DNA from: Myxococcota bacterium
GTDB lineage: Bacteria > Myxococcota_A > Polyangia > Polyangiales > Houyiibacteriaceae
NCBI GenBank assembly: GCA_039030295.1
Contig: JBCCEK010000001.1
Location: 7,633 to 71,632, forward strand
Reading direction: 5' to 3'
DNA: 64,000 nt
How positions within the stretch are numbered: position 1 is the first letter of the stretch; each line of letters opens with the position of its first letter. Under the pieces are notes generated by a model. That model saw only the letters and a program-made list of their open reading frames with translations. It was not told the DNA's origin and did not search any database. This document shows, piece after piece, positions 9,333 through 18,447 of the stretch. Made by a program: the position numbers and the translations under genes.

Positions 9333-10526
9333 ATGGCGAGCGCTTGGGTCGGACAGTTGGTCGAGGCGGGTCTGGTGACCGAGGCGCAGGTGCGCGAGAG
9401 CGGCGCTCGCGACGCCGACAAGGCGCCGGTCGAGGTGATGCGGGGCCTGTTGTCCCAGGGGCTCGACGAGCGTGCCTTGGCAGGGTTCTTCGTGTCTCTT
9501 GGTTTCGGTCCGGTGCTCCGGGCCCGCGAGCTCGCGCGTGCCGACAGCGAACTGGTTCGTCGGCTCGCCGGCAAGGACGCGCATGACCTGTGCGCGGTGC
9601 CTCTTCGGCCGAGCCCAGCCGGGGCCGTGGTCGCGATGGCAGACCCGACCGACGCCGGGGCGATCGATCGACTAGCCGAGGCGTTGGGTGGCCCGATCCT
9701 TCCCACGGTCGCAAGGCTCAGCGACTTGCTGGATGCGCTCGACCAGCTGTATCCGGGCGACCGACCCACGGTCGTGAGCGATCCCATGAGCGCAGCGCGG
9801 AGCAAACGTCCGAGCGGCGTGGTGCCACTCATCCAAGACAAGCCCGAGCCGGTTGCGCACACGCGGGACGGCACGCAGCCTTCGCTCGACCCGAAGCTCG
9901 CGGGCCTGGCGCATACGGCGAGTTCCGTCTGGGACCGCGCGTGGGATCGCAACACCGGCGTGGAAAGCGCCCCGCCCAACGACGATGCGCAGGACGAACC
10001 GCAGGCTCACGACAAGCCCATGGTCGAGGCCGTCCAAACGTCGACCACGCCCGAGGCGCCCAACTTGTCGGAGCTCGGCCGGGCGTCCACTAGGGATGAG
10101 GTGGTCCGGGTCGCGTGCGAAGCGTGTCTGGCCCACGCGAGCGGTGCGGCCTTCCTCGCGCTCCGCAAAGGTGTCTTCCGAGGATGGGGCGGCGCGGGGC
10201 CCCATGTCACCAGCGCCAGTATCCGAAGCCTCTGGGTTCCTGCGAGCAATCCATCCGTCCTCAGTGATGTGGTCCATCGCGGGACTTCTTTTCGCGGGCC
10301 CCATGGGCAAACGGCCGCAGACCACCTGCTTCGGGCCGCAATCGGGAGCCAAGGGCGCGACATCTTCGTCACCCCGGTTCGCATCGGGGAACGCACATGT
10401 GGGTTGTTGTGTGCTTCTGATCCGGTCGCCGACGCGCGAGCGATCGAGGAGGTCGCGTCGGCGATGGGTCGGGCGCTTCAGCGCCTGATCGTCTCCCACA
10501 AGTCCGAAGGGTCGTTGCCGCCCTAG
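9333..10526 (+). CDS. T2SSE_N (GspE/MshE N-terminal)-like domain protein with an uncharacterised C-terminal domain
   Basis: 397 aa. The N-terminus WVGQLVEAGLVTEAQVRE...AHDLCAVPLRPSPAGAVVAMADPTD...ILPTVARLSDLLDALDQLY resembles the T2SS protein E N-domain. No ATPase domain follows. Confidence 0.5.
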   Translation: MASAWVGQLVEAGLVTEAQVRESGARDADKAPVEVMRGLLSQGLDERALAGFFVSLGFGPVLRARELARADSELVRRLAGKDAHDLCAVPLRPSPAGAVVAMADPTDAGAIDRLAEALGGPILPTVARLSDLLDALDQLYPGDRPTVVSDPMSAARSKRPSGVVPLIQDKPEPVAHTRDGTQPSLDPKLAGLAHTASSVWDRAWDRNTGVESAPPNDDAQDEPQAHDKPMVEAVQTSTTPEAPNLSELGRASTRDEVVRVACEACLAHASGAAFLALRKGVFRGWGGAGPHVTSASIRSLWVPASNPSVLSDVVHRGTSFRGPHGQTAADHLLRAAIGSQGRDIFVTPVRIGERTCGLLCASDPVADARAIEEVASAMGRALQRLIVSHKSEGSLPP

Positions 10527-10694
10527 CGGTCTAGACCGCTCTCACCCGAAACTGATCGGCTGCGACTTGTCCTCGAAGCCGCTCGCGGCGTTGCTCACCG
10601 CTTGAAATAGCGATGCTATTCCTGCGGATTCCCGTCTTGCGAGCGACTCCGAGTCCTGCGTCTCGCTCGCTCACTCTCAGGTGAGAGCGGTCTA
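10525..10694. repeat. 16-bp perfect palindrome plus a 15-bp inverted repeat pair bracketing the convergent intergenic region
   Basis: AGCGGTCTAGACCGCT (10525-10540) is self-complementary and includes the TAG stop of the + gene. TAGACCGCTCTCACC (10532-10546) is the exact reverse complement of GGTGAGAGCGGTCTA (10680-10694), which includes the stop of the minus-strand gene. Confidence 0.7.
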
Positions 10695-11393
10695 CTTCCG
10701 GAATACGGCTTCCTGCGCCGGGTCTGCTTGCTTGGCGAGTCGGAGCAAGCGTCGACGCTCACTCAGCACACCGGCGCTGTACCCGTTCTTGGCGCAGTGG
10801 CCTGAGTTGTACCAGGCCAGTCCCTGTTGGACGTCGCCCCCACAACGGGCCGTCGCCCATTGAAGCAAGCCGAGGCCTGCCTCGATCACTTCGCGTTGGC
10901 ATGCCCCGGGGCGCCGGCTGCACTCCTCACGGTAACGCGCGTTGTAGATGAACGGCACCGTCTTGCCGCGGTACTTCGGGTTGAGCTGGACGACTCCTCG
11001 CGCACCGACTGGACTCACCGCGAGCGGGTTGAGGCCGGACTCACGCATGGCGATCGCTGCCGTCAAGAAGGGGTCGACGCCTGCACGATTGCTGGCTTCG
11101 GTGATGACACGAGACAGCTTCGCAATCCTTGCGCGGCATCCGCCCTCTGTGACACGGCAGTGCTGCACGTGGATCGGTTCGCCTGCGCGACTCTCGCGGA
11201 CGATCAGTCTCGCGTCGATCGCGCGCGCGAGTGCGAGCGATGTCGGGTGATCGCCGACTACGGATCGGTAGTCGATTCCCTCGATGGGATGATCCGCCGC
11301 ATGGACGGGTGCGCTCCAGGTGGGACCCCCGCCGGTCGGCGAGCTCCCAACGCTGAAAAGCACAACGCCGAGCACGAGCAACAAGATCCGCAT
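10692..11393 (-). CDS. secreted lytic transglycosylase (SLT domain)
   Basis: 233 aa with a signal peptide (MRILLLVLGVVLFSV) and the SLT catalytic motif AAIAMRESGLNP...GARGVVQL. Confidence 0.8.
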   Translation of the reverse strand: MRILLLVLGVVLFSVGSSPTGGGPTWSAPVHAADHPIEGIDYRSVVGDHPTSLALARAIDARLIVRESRAGEPIHVQHCRVTEGGCRARIAKLSRVITEASNRAGVDPFLTAAIAMRESGLNPLAVSPVGARGVVQLNPKYRGKTVPFIYNARYREECSRRPGACQREVIEAGLGLLQWATARCGGDVQQGLAWYNSGHCAKNGYSAGVLSERRRLLRLAKQADPAQEAVFRK

Positions 11394-11483
11394 GAGGGGC
11401 TCCTGATAACCATCAAGAGCCGGGACGCTAGGGCATCGGGCCTGACAGCGCCACCCGCGCTCCGCGAGCGCGTATCAAACGGG

Positions 11484-13181
11484 TCACACCTGTTCGAGTT
11501 CAACCGGGGCGTCAGCGGGCCCGTCCGCCGCCAATTTCTCTTTGTCTTCAGAGGGTTCCGGACCCGCGTCGATCGCTGGCGGCTCGCTTTCCGATTCGCT
11601 GCTGGGCGCGTCTTCGTCGGTTTTGGCAGCCTGCGGCTCCTGCTCGCTCTGGTCCTCGGTCTCTGCGTCGGACCCTCCCCGCCGTCGGCCCCGGCGTCGG
11701 CTCCGGCGCCGCTTGTTGCCGTTGCCTTCGGACTCATCGTCCGACTGTGCCGTTCCCCGCGATGCGCCTCCCAGCGCTTCGAGCAACTCAACGTCCATCA
11801 CCGATAGAGGGAGTGCTGCACGCTGGATGCCGACGCCGACGTCTTCCATCGATTGAGCCAGCGCGTCGCCATCGAACACTGCACAAGGGGCCGCGCCTTC
11901 GGCAGAGGCTTCGTCACGGATGTCGTCCTTCACCGGACCGAGTGCGATCAACCAACCGATTCGCGCATGGTCGAACTGGTGGAGCGCGCCGCGCAGTGCG
12001 ACGACCGCGTCTTTCGTCACGGGACCGCGCCCCCGATAGATCGTGATCGCCAGTGGGGTTTCTTCGGGCCCCCGCCGCAGCACGCCTGCCAAGCTGAAGT
12101 CCCCCGCGTCTGCTCGGACGGCGCGGATCGACTGCACGCCGACGGCGTTGAGCCAAGTCGCCAATAGTTCGAGCATCGCTCCGTCCGGCAAGTCTCGAAG
12201 ACGCTTGATGAACGCGCGCCGAACGCTTTCTTGTTGGCGCTCGGCGGCGCGCACCGCGTCTTGCTCGGCTCGGACCGCCTCGAGTGGGTGGTCCCATTCG
12301 AGGAGCCCGACCGCGCCATGGCTCAGACGAAACCGCGGGCGCTCTCCGCTTGCTTGACGACGCGCGATGTCTCCGCGCACTGCCGCCGCCAGGGTCGGTG
12401 CAAGATCCGCGGGGGCCCCGGAGAGGCGTCCGCTGTTGATCAGGCTCTCGGCGACCTGCGTAAGAGGTTTCGCATGGCGTCCTCGCCCCCGGACGGCCTG
12501 CTCGACGGCGTCCGCCAGGTCCCGGCCCACGGCTTCTCCGGCCGCAGCGGCTCTGCGCGCTGGGGCCGCGGGCTCGCGCCTCGGCTCTCGGGCCGCGCGA
12601 CCGCCGCCGCTCGCACGAGACTCGCTGCCATTCCTCGAATCGGAGCCACCTCGCGCGTCGTCCCGCTCTCGGCGCCTTCTGGGACGCCTCTTTCTTGTGC
12701 GCCGAGGTTCTTTCGCCTCGTCGTCGAGGTTTGCCAGAATCAACTCGTCATCGTCTTCTTCTTCCGGGAAAACCTCAGCTCCAGGAAGTTCTTGAGATGC
12801 GAAACTCGGTTCCTCCTCAGGTTCCGAGGAGGCCGGCGCGTCGTTGGCGGCGTCGTCGGTCGTTTCCTCGCTCGAGGCCGCGGACTCCTCTTGGCTCGCC
12901 TCGGGCTCTTCCGTCTCGGGCGCCTCGGGCGCCGGGCTCTCTTCGAGCTCCTCCTCGGGCTGGTCGCGCAACGCGAACACGCCTGGCTTCACCTTGATGA
13001 TCGGCGCATCCCCGCGGTCCTTCTTGACCATGGTCGCGAGCCTCGAGCTCATCGTGGTTTCTGGGGTCTTACCGACGTGGGAGAGAAGGTTCTTCTCGAT
13101 CGCGATCTCGGTGATCTTCTTGTAGTGGAGGGGCTTTCCTGTAAGGCGAAGCACCTCCACGGCGGCTTCCGTGAATGTCAT
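11484..13181 (-). CDS. HARE-HTH domain / Mrr-like restriction-endonuclease-fold protein with long acidic and basic low-complexity linkers
   Basis: Start chosen at the ATG at 13179-13181 (MTFTEAAVEVLRLTGKPLHYKKITEIAIEKNLL..GKTPETTMSSRLATMVK, HARE-HTH-like). An acidic run and an RRR-rich run follow, then an Mrr_cat-like core (LELLATWLNAVGVQSIRAVRAD..DFSLAGVLRRG...AITIYRGRGPV) and a charged tail. Confidence 0.6.
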   Translation of the reverse strand: MTFTEAAVEVLRLTGKPLHYKKITEIAIEKNLLSHVGKTPETTMSSRLATMVKKDRGDAPIIKVKPGVFALRDQPEEELEESPAPEAPETEEPEASQEESAASSEETTDDAANDAPASSEPEEEPSFASQELPGAEVFPEEEDDDELILANLDDEAKEPRRTRKRRPRRRRERDDARGGSDSRNGSESRASGGGRAAREPRREPAAPARRAAAAGEAVGRDLADAVEQAVRGRGRHAKPLTQVAESLINSGRLSGAPADLAPTLAAAVRGDIARRQASGERPRFRLSHGAVGLLEWDHPLEAVRAEQDAVRAAERQQESVRRAFIKRLRDLPDGAMLELLATWLNAVGVQSIRAVRADAGDFSLAGVLRRGPEETPLAITIYRGRGPVTKDAVVALRGALHQFDHARIGWLIALGPVKDDIRDEASAEGAAPCAVFDGDALAQSMEDVGVGIQRAALPLSVMDVELLEALGGASRGTAQSDDESEGNGNKRRRSRRRGRRRGGSDAETEDQSEQEPQAAKTDEDAPSSESESEPPAIDAGPEPSEDKEKLAADGPADAPVELEQV

Positions 13182-13714
13182 GGTTGTTGTCGTTCCTGCC
13201 AACCCGGCTTGTGAGGACTGTCGGCGATGCGAGCGCCAGAGCGGGGAGCGAAGAATCGCTCCACCCGCGCACCAGCGCACCTTCCCGAGGCTTCGGGACT
13301 GCCATTGGGCCCTCAATCATGCTTGCGCACGTTCTGACCGGACAAAAGCGGTTGATGGATGAGTTGTAGGGTCCGAAAAGACCCCCTCCTTCTTTCCGGT
13401 TACCATCCAGGAAGGGGCAAGGCAACGAAACGGCCTCCCGAGGTGCGAAAAACCGAAGCCGAGCCCCAGCGGGTCGAGTTGACTTGTCCCGAGGGCGGGC
13501 CCATACGGGGCGCCTGCGGATAATTGGCTCTGGCCGATCCCCGCTGTTAACCCCTCAAGAGTGTGTTGTGGTCTGTGTCAGGACGAGGTCGTGGTCGCGG
13601 CACGTCGGACACACGGTCGGCCGATTGGCCGCCCGATGGCACGCGTTGGGGAGTTGGCCCGTTTCTCGCATTGAGTGACTTCGATAGGTGGGACAGCGGG
13701 ATGAGGAGACTGCG

Positions 13715-14707
13715 ATGAAGAACAAAGTGATCGGGATCTTGCTTGGCGGGGTGAGCGCGGAACGTGAGATTTCCATCAAGACGGGGGAGGCCATCTACGA
13801 GGCACTCTCGATGCGCGGGTACGATGTGCACAAAGTCTTCGTCGATGCCGATATCGATCGCGTGCTTCGCCAGACACCGATCGACCTCGCGGTCATCGCG
13901 CTTCACGGTACTTACGGCGAGGATGGCTGCATTCAGGGCATGCTCGAAACGATGGGGATCCCGTACACCGGCTCGGGCGTCCTCGCGAGTGCGCTGGCCA
14001 TGGACAAGCTCAAGTCCAAGGAGCTCTTCCGGCTCTACAACGTCCCAACGCCCTCTTACTACGTCGTTCAGCGAGACGATCTCGACCGCCTCGAGGAGAT
14101 CCATAGCTCCTTCGGCTTTCCGAGCTTCGTCAAGCCGCGTTCGGGGGGATCGAGCGTCGGAGCAGGCTCGGCACACAACCTCTCGGAGCTTCACGCGCGT
14201 GCGCAAGACGCGGCTCGCTTCGACGAGTGGATCCTCGTCGAGCGGTTGATCCGTGGCCGAGAGGTTGCCGTTGGGCTGCTCGACGGAAACGCCCTTGGTG
14301 CCATCGAGATCGAGCCGAAGGCCGGGTTCTACGACTACAAGTCGAAGTACCAGCCGGGCGGGAGCGAGTATCACTTCCCGGCTCGGCTTTCCCCGACTCG
14401 CTATCAAGGCGTACTCAACCTGGCGGAGCGCGCGGTCCACTGCGTTGGCGCCACCGGAGCGACGCGGGTCGACCTGCTGGTGACGGCTGATGAGAACGAG
14501 TACGTGCTCGAGGTCAACACCCTTCCCGGCCTCACCCGCACCTCGCTCTTGCCCAAGATCGCCGCGGGCGCGGGCTACGACTTCGGCGACCTTTGCGAAG
14601 CCATCGTGGCGCGCGCGAGGCGCCACATCGGCGAGGGCCTCAGCCACCTCCCCGATGGGGATGCGGCGGCCCATTCGGATTCAGTCGCCCCTTTGCCAGC
14701 CGAATAG
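13715..14707 (+). CDS. ddl: D-alanine--D-alanine ligase
   Basis: MKNKVIGILLGGVSAEREISIKTGEAI..., an ATP-grasp body and a C-terminal EVNTLPGLT motif. Start taken at the second ATG of the 339-aa ORF; 13688 is also possible. Confidence 0.92.
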   Translation: MKNKVIGILLGGVSAEREISIKTGEAIYEALSMRGYDVHKVFVDADIDRVLRQTPIDLAVIALHGTYGEDGCIQGMLETMGIPYTGSGVLASALAMDKLKSKELFRLYNVPTPSYYVVQRDDLDRLEEIHSSFGFPSFVKPRSGGSSVGAGSAHNLSELHARAQDAARFDEWILVERLIRGREVAVGLLDGNALGAIEIEPKAGFYDYKSKYQPGGSEYHFPARLSPTRYQGVLNLAERAVHCVGATGATRVDLLVTADENEYVLEVNTLPGLTRTSLLPKIAAGAGYDFGDLCEAIVARARRHIGEGLSHLPDGDAAAHSDSVAPLPAE

Positions 14708-14752
14708 GATATTCTTGACAATTCCGATGCGGGAAACCATAGATCCCGTGCC

Positions 14753-15207
<455 letters not shown>

Positions 15208-15208
<1 letters not shown>

Positions 15209-16134
15209 TGACCGCACCCGTCGTTGAAAGCGTCCTCGATCTCGTCGGTGACACGCCGGTTGTCCGCCTGCGTCGACTCTCGCCCGAAGGTGGCGCGACC
15301 GTCTGGGGAAAGTGCGAGCACCTCAATCCGGGCGGCTCGGTCAAAGATCGAATCTGCGTGGCCATGATCGAAGCCGCGGAGCGCGAAGGTCGCTTGCAGC
15401 GCGGGGACACCATCGTCGAACCGACGAGCGGCAACACAGGCATTGGGTTGGCGCTGACCTGCGCACGCAAGGGGTACAAGCTCGTGTTGACGATGCCCGC
15501 AAGCATGTCGCTCGAACGCCGTGCGCTGCTCGAAGCTTACGGGGTCGAAATCGTCCTCACCGAACCGGATCGGGTGATGGAGGGTGCCATCGAAGCCGCG
15601 CGGCGCATCGTCGAAGAGCGTGGGGCGTTCATGCCCGAGCAGTTCTCGAATCCGGCCAATCCCGAAGTCCACGCGTCGGGCACTGGGCCGGAGCTTCTCC
15701 GGGCCTTCGAGGGAGTTTCGATCGACGCGTTCGTCGCGGCAGTCGGGACCGGCGGAACGGTTAGCGGCGTCGGCAGGGCCCTCAAGGCGCACGATGACAA
15801 GACGCGGATCGTGGCCGTGGAACCCGCGGCCAGCCCCGTCCTGCTAGGCGGAAAGCCAGGCCCCACCAAGATCCAAGGGCTCAACGCGGGATTCGTTCCG
15901 AAGAACTACGACGACGCGTTCGTCGACGAAGTTCTCGGGGTGTCGGATCAGGACGCCTGGGATACCAAGGTCGCCCTAGCCACGCGTGAAGGGCTTCTGG
16001 TTGGCATCAGCGCGGGTGCGAATGTGTGGGCCGCGGTTCGAGTCGCCCAGGAGCTCGGGCCGGATCAGCACGTCGTGACGATTCTTTGCGACACCGGCGA
16101 GCGTTACTTCAGCCTGGCCGAGTATTTCGCATGA
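15208..16134 (+). CDS. cysK: cysteine synthase A (O-acetylserine sulfhydrylase)
   Basis: 308 aa with GDTPVVRL, the PLP-lysine motif NPGGSVKDR, the TSGNTG loop and GTGGT. Confidence 0.9.
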
Positions 16135-16838
16135 CCGGATCCGCATCCTTGTTGGTGATCGGCGTCGGCGGTCTCGGATCCCCGGTCATCGATCTTCTTG
16201 CGGCAAGCGGCGTTCGCCGCGTCACCGTCGTCGATGATGATCGGGTCGAAGAGAGCAACCTTCATCGTCAGACCGCGTTTACCGAGCGGGACATCGGTCG
16301 GGAGAAGGTCGCGTGTGCGATCGAAAGACTCGCCATCGTTGCGCCCGAGATCGAAGTCGAAGGTCTGTTGACTCGATTTCTGCCGTCGAACGCGTTGTCG
16401 CTTCTCGACGGGCATTCGGTCGTGATTGAAGGCGCCGACAACCTGGCCACCAAGTTTCTCGCCGCCGACGCGTCGCGCTTGGCCGGGCTTCCGGTGATCC
16501 AGGCGGGAGCGGTGCGATGGAGCGGTTGGGCAATGGGGACGACCCCCGAGTCGGCATGCCTGCGCTGTCTGTTCGAGGACATTCCCGCCGACCGCGTCGA
16601 GACCTGCGCCGAGGCAGGCGTGGTCGGGCCTGTCGTGGGGGTCCTGGGCGGCCTCCAAGCGGCTCTCCTGGCGCGAATTGTCCGCGGTGAGGCCGTCGGC
16701 GGGGAGCTCTGGCACTACGAGGCGCTCGACGGCGGACTGCGGCAAACCATGGTCCGGAGACGGCGCGACTGCCCGCTTTGTGCCGGTGAGATCCGCGATC
16801 TGCGCCCCGACCGATACAGCGCGGCTTGCGCAGCATGA
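16131..16838 (+). CDS. ThiF/MoeB-family E1-like adenylyltransferase (short form, no rhodanese domain)
   Basis: The ATG at 16131 overlaps the cysK stop (ATGA). Contains VIGVGGLGSPV (nucleotide loop), DDDRVEESNLHRQ, and the CxxC pairs CLRC and CPLC. The N-terminal RYxRQ helix usual in this family is missing. Confidence 0.8.
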   Translation: MTGSASLLVIGVGGLGSPVIDLLAASGVRRVTVVDDDRVEESNLHRQTAFTERDIGREKVACAIERLAIVAPEIEVEGLLTRFLPSNALSLLDGHSVVIEGADNLATKFLAADASRLAGLPVIQAGAVRWSGWAMGTTPESACLRCLFEDIPADRVETCAEAGVVGPVVGVLGGLQAALLARIVRGEAVGGELWHYEALDGGLRQTMVRRRRDCPLCAGEIRDLRPDRYSAACAA

Positions 16839-16876
16839 TTTCGACTCGCATTTCTCAGGCTTAGAAAGGAACCAAC

Positions 16877-17149
16877 ATGGCTGTTACCGTAAGAATCCCA
16901 ACTCCTCTTCGAACGTTGACCGGTGGGCAAGAAGAAGTCCCTGCTGATGGTGGAACGGTCGCCGAAGTGATCGAGAACCTCGAGGCCAATCATCCGGGCA
17001 TGAAAGATCGCCTTTGCGACGACAAAGGGGTGCGTCGCTTCGTCAACATCTATCACAACGACGAGGACATTCGCTTTCTCGACAATCTTCAAACCGAGCT
17101 CAAAGAAGGCGATACCTTGAGCATCGTCCCAGCGATCGCCGGAGGGTGA
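16877..17149 (+). CDS. cysO: MoaD/ThiS-family sulfur carrier protein (CysO-like)
   Basis: 90 aa ending ...SIVPAIAGG (C-terminal Gly-Gly). Located between an E1 and cysM/mec. Confidence 0.75.
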   Translation: MAVTVRIPTPLRTLTGGQEEVPADGGTVAEVIENLEANHPGMKDRLCDDKGVRRFVNIYHNDEDIRFLDNLQTELKEGDTLSIVPAIAGG

Positions 17150-17517
17150 CCTCGGTGGTCGCAGCCAGTACCGCCAAGCGTCGTTACCTTCGGCAGCTTC
17201 TGCTGTCGGAGATCGGTGAGTCAGGTCAGGCACGTCTTGTCGCCGAGCGCTTCAAGGCAGGGGCGACCTGCGACCCAGGCGCGTACACCGTCACGGCCGA
17301 CTATCTTCGGCGTGCGGGCTGCGATGAAGACGAGGTTCGAGGCACGCCGATCACCGGCCCAACGCGGGACGAAGTGATCCGGTTCGCAGGGAGCGAGGCG
17401 TTGGTGCCACACGCGGCTGCGATCCTTGGCGCCATGTCCGCGGTCGCACGCATCAAGGAGGCGACCGGTGCGGGGCGCCTCGTCAACAAGGCAGTCCCAC
17501 CCCTTTCGAGGTCTTGA
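17146..17517 (+). CDS. small protein resembling the N- and C-terminal ends of a ThiF/MoeB E1, without the Rossmann core
   Basis: The GTG at 17146 overlaps the cysO stop (GTGA). Contains KRRYLRQLLLSEIGESGQARL (RYxRQ-type E1 N-terminal motif) and AILGAMSAVARIKEATGAG (like the late E1 helix). About 123 aa; coding status is uncertain. Confidence 0.35.
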   Translation: MTSVVAASTAKRRYLRQLLLSEIGESGQARLVAERFKAGATCDPGAYTVTADYLRRAGCDEDEVRGTPITGPTRDEVIRFAGSEALVPHAAAILGAMSAVARIKEATGAGRLVNKAVPPLSRS

Positions 17518-17523
17518 CTCAAG

Positions 17524-18447
17524 ATGCGATTTCGAAGGATGGAGTCGGTCGTCGAAGCGGTGGGGAACACGCCGCTGGTTCGCCTGCGCGCGATCGAGAA
17601 AGACACCCCCGGGGTGAAGCTCTACCTCAAGCTCGAGTACGCGAACCCGGGAGGCTCCGTCAAAGACCGCCCCGCGCGGCAGATGATGCTCGACGCGATC
17701 GAGGACGGACGGCTCGCGACGGACAAGACTCTGATCGACGCGACCAGTGGCAACACCGGGGTCGCCTACAGTCTGTTTGGCGCGGCGATGGGCTATCGGA
17801 TCGCGCTCGTGATGCCCTCGAATGTGTCGAAAGCGCGCAAGGACATCACGCAAGCCTTCGGGACGGAGATCATCTACAGCGATCCCATGGAGGGGTCCGA
17901 CGGCGCCATTCGTCAGGTTCGAAGGATCGTCGAGGAGCAGCCCGACCGGTACTTCTATCCCGACCAGTACTCGAACCCATCGAACCCTCGTGCTCACTAC
18001 CTGGGGACCGGACAAGAGATCCTCGACCAAGTCGGAGACGAGATCACGCATTTCGTTGCGGGCTTGGGTACCAGCGGCACCTGCATGGGCACGACGCGTC
18101 GACTACGGGAACACCCGCGAAAGATCGAGTGCATCGCGGTCGAGCCGGCCGAAGCCCTGCACGGCCTTGAAGGCTTGAAGCACATGGAGAGCTCGATCGT
18201 CCCGGAGATCTTTGATCGCAACGTGCCGGACGAGATCCTTCCCGTAGGAACCGATGCGGGTTGGGACATGTCGGATCGTCTTGCCGCCGAAGAAGGCCTG
18301 CACGTGGGCCACTCCACGGGTGCCAACGTGGCGGGCGCGGTCGAGGTGGCCAAGCGCGTCGACGAAGGCTGCATCGTCGCGATCGCCTGTGACCGCGGGG
18401 ATCGTTACTTCGCGCCAATGAAATGGGAGAAGCACTATGAGTGGTGA
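17524..18447 (+). CDS. cysM: cysteine synthase B-type PLP enzyme (CysM; likely the CysO-thiocarboxylate-dependent type)
   Basis: 307 aa with GNTPLVRL, NPGGSVKDRPA, TSGNTG and GTSGT. Synteny with cysO and mec. Confidence 0.85.
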   Translation: MRFRRMESVVEAVGNTPLVRLRAIEKDTPGVKLYLKLEYANPGGSVKDRPARQMMLDAIEDGRLATDKTLIDATSGNTGVAYSLFGAAMGYRIALVMPSNVSKARKDITQAFGTEIIYSDPMEGSDGAIRQVRRIVEEQPDRYFYPDQYSNPSNPRAHYLGTGQEILDQVGDEITHFVAGLGTSGTCMGTTRRLREHPRKIECIAVEPAEALHGLEGLKHMESSIVPEIFDRNVPDEILPVGTDAGWDMSDRLAAEEGLHVGHSTGANVAGAVEVAKRVDEGCIVAIACDRGDRYFAPMKWEKHYEW

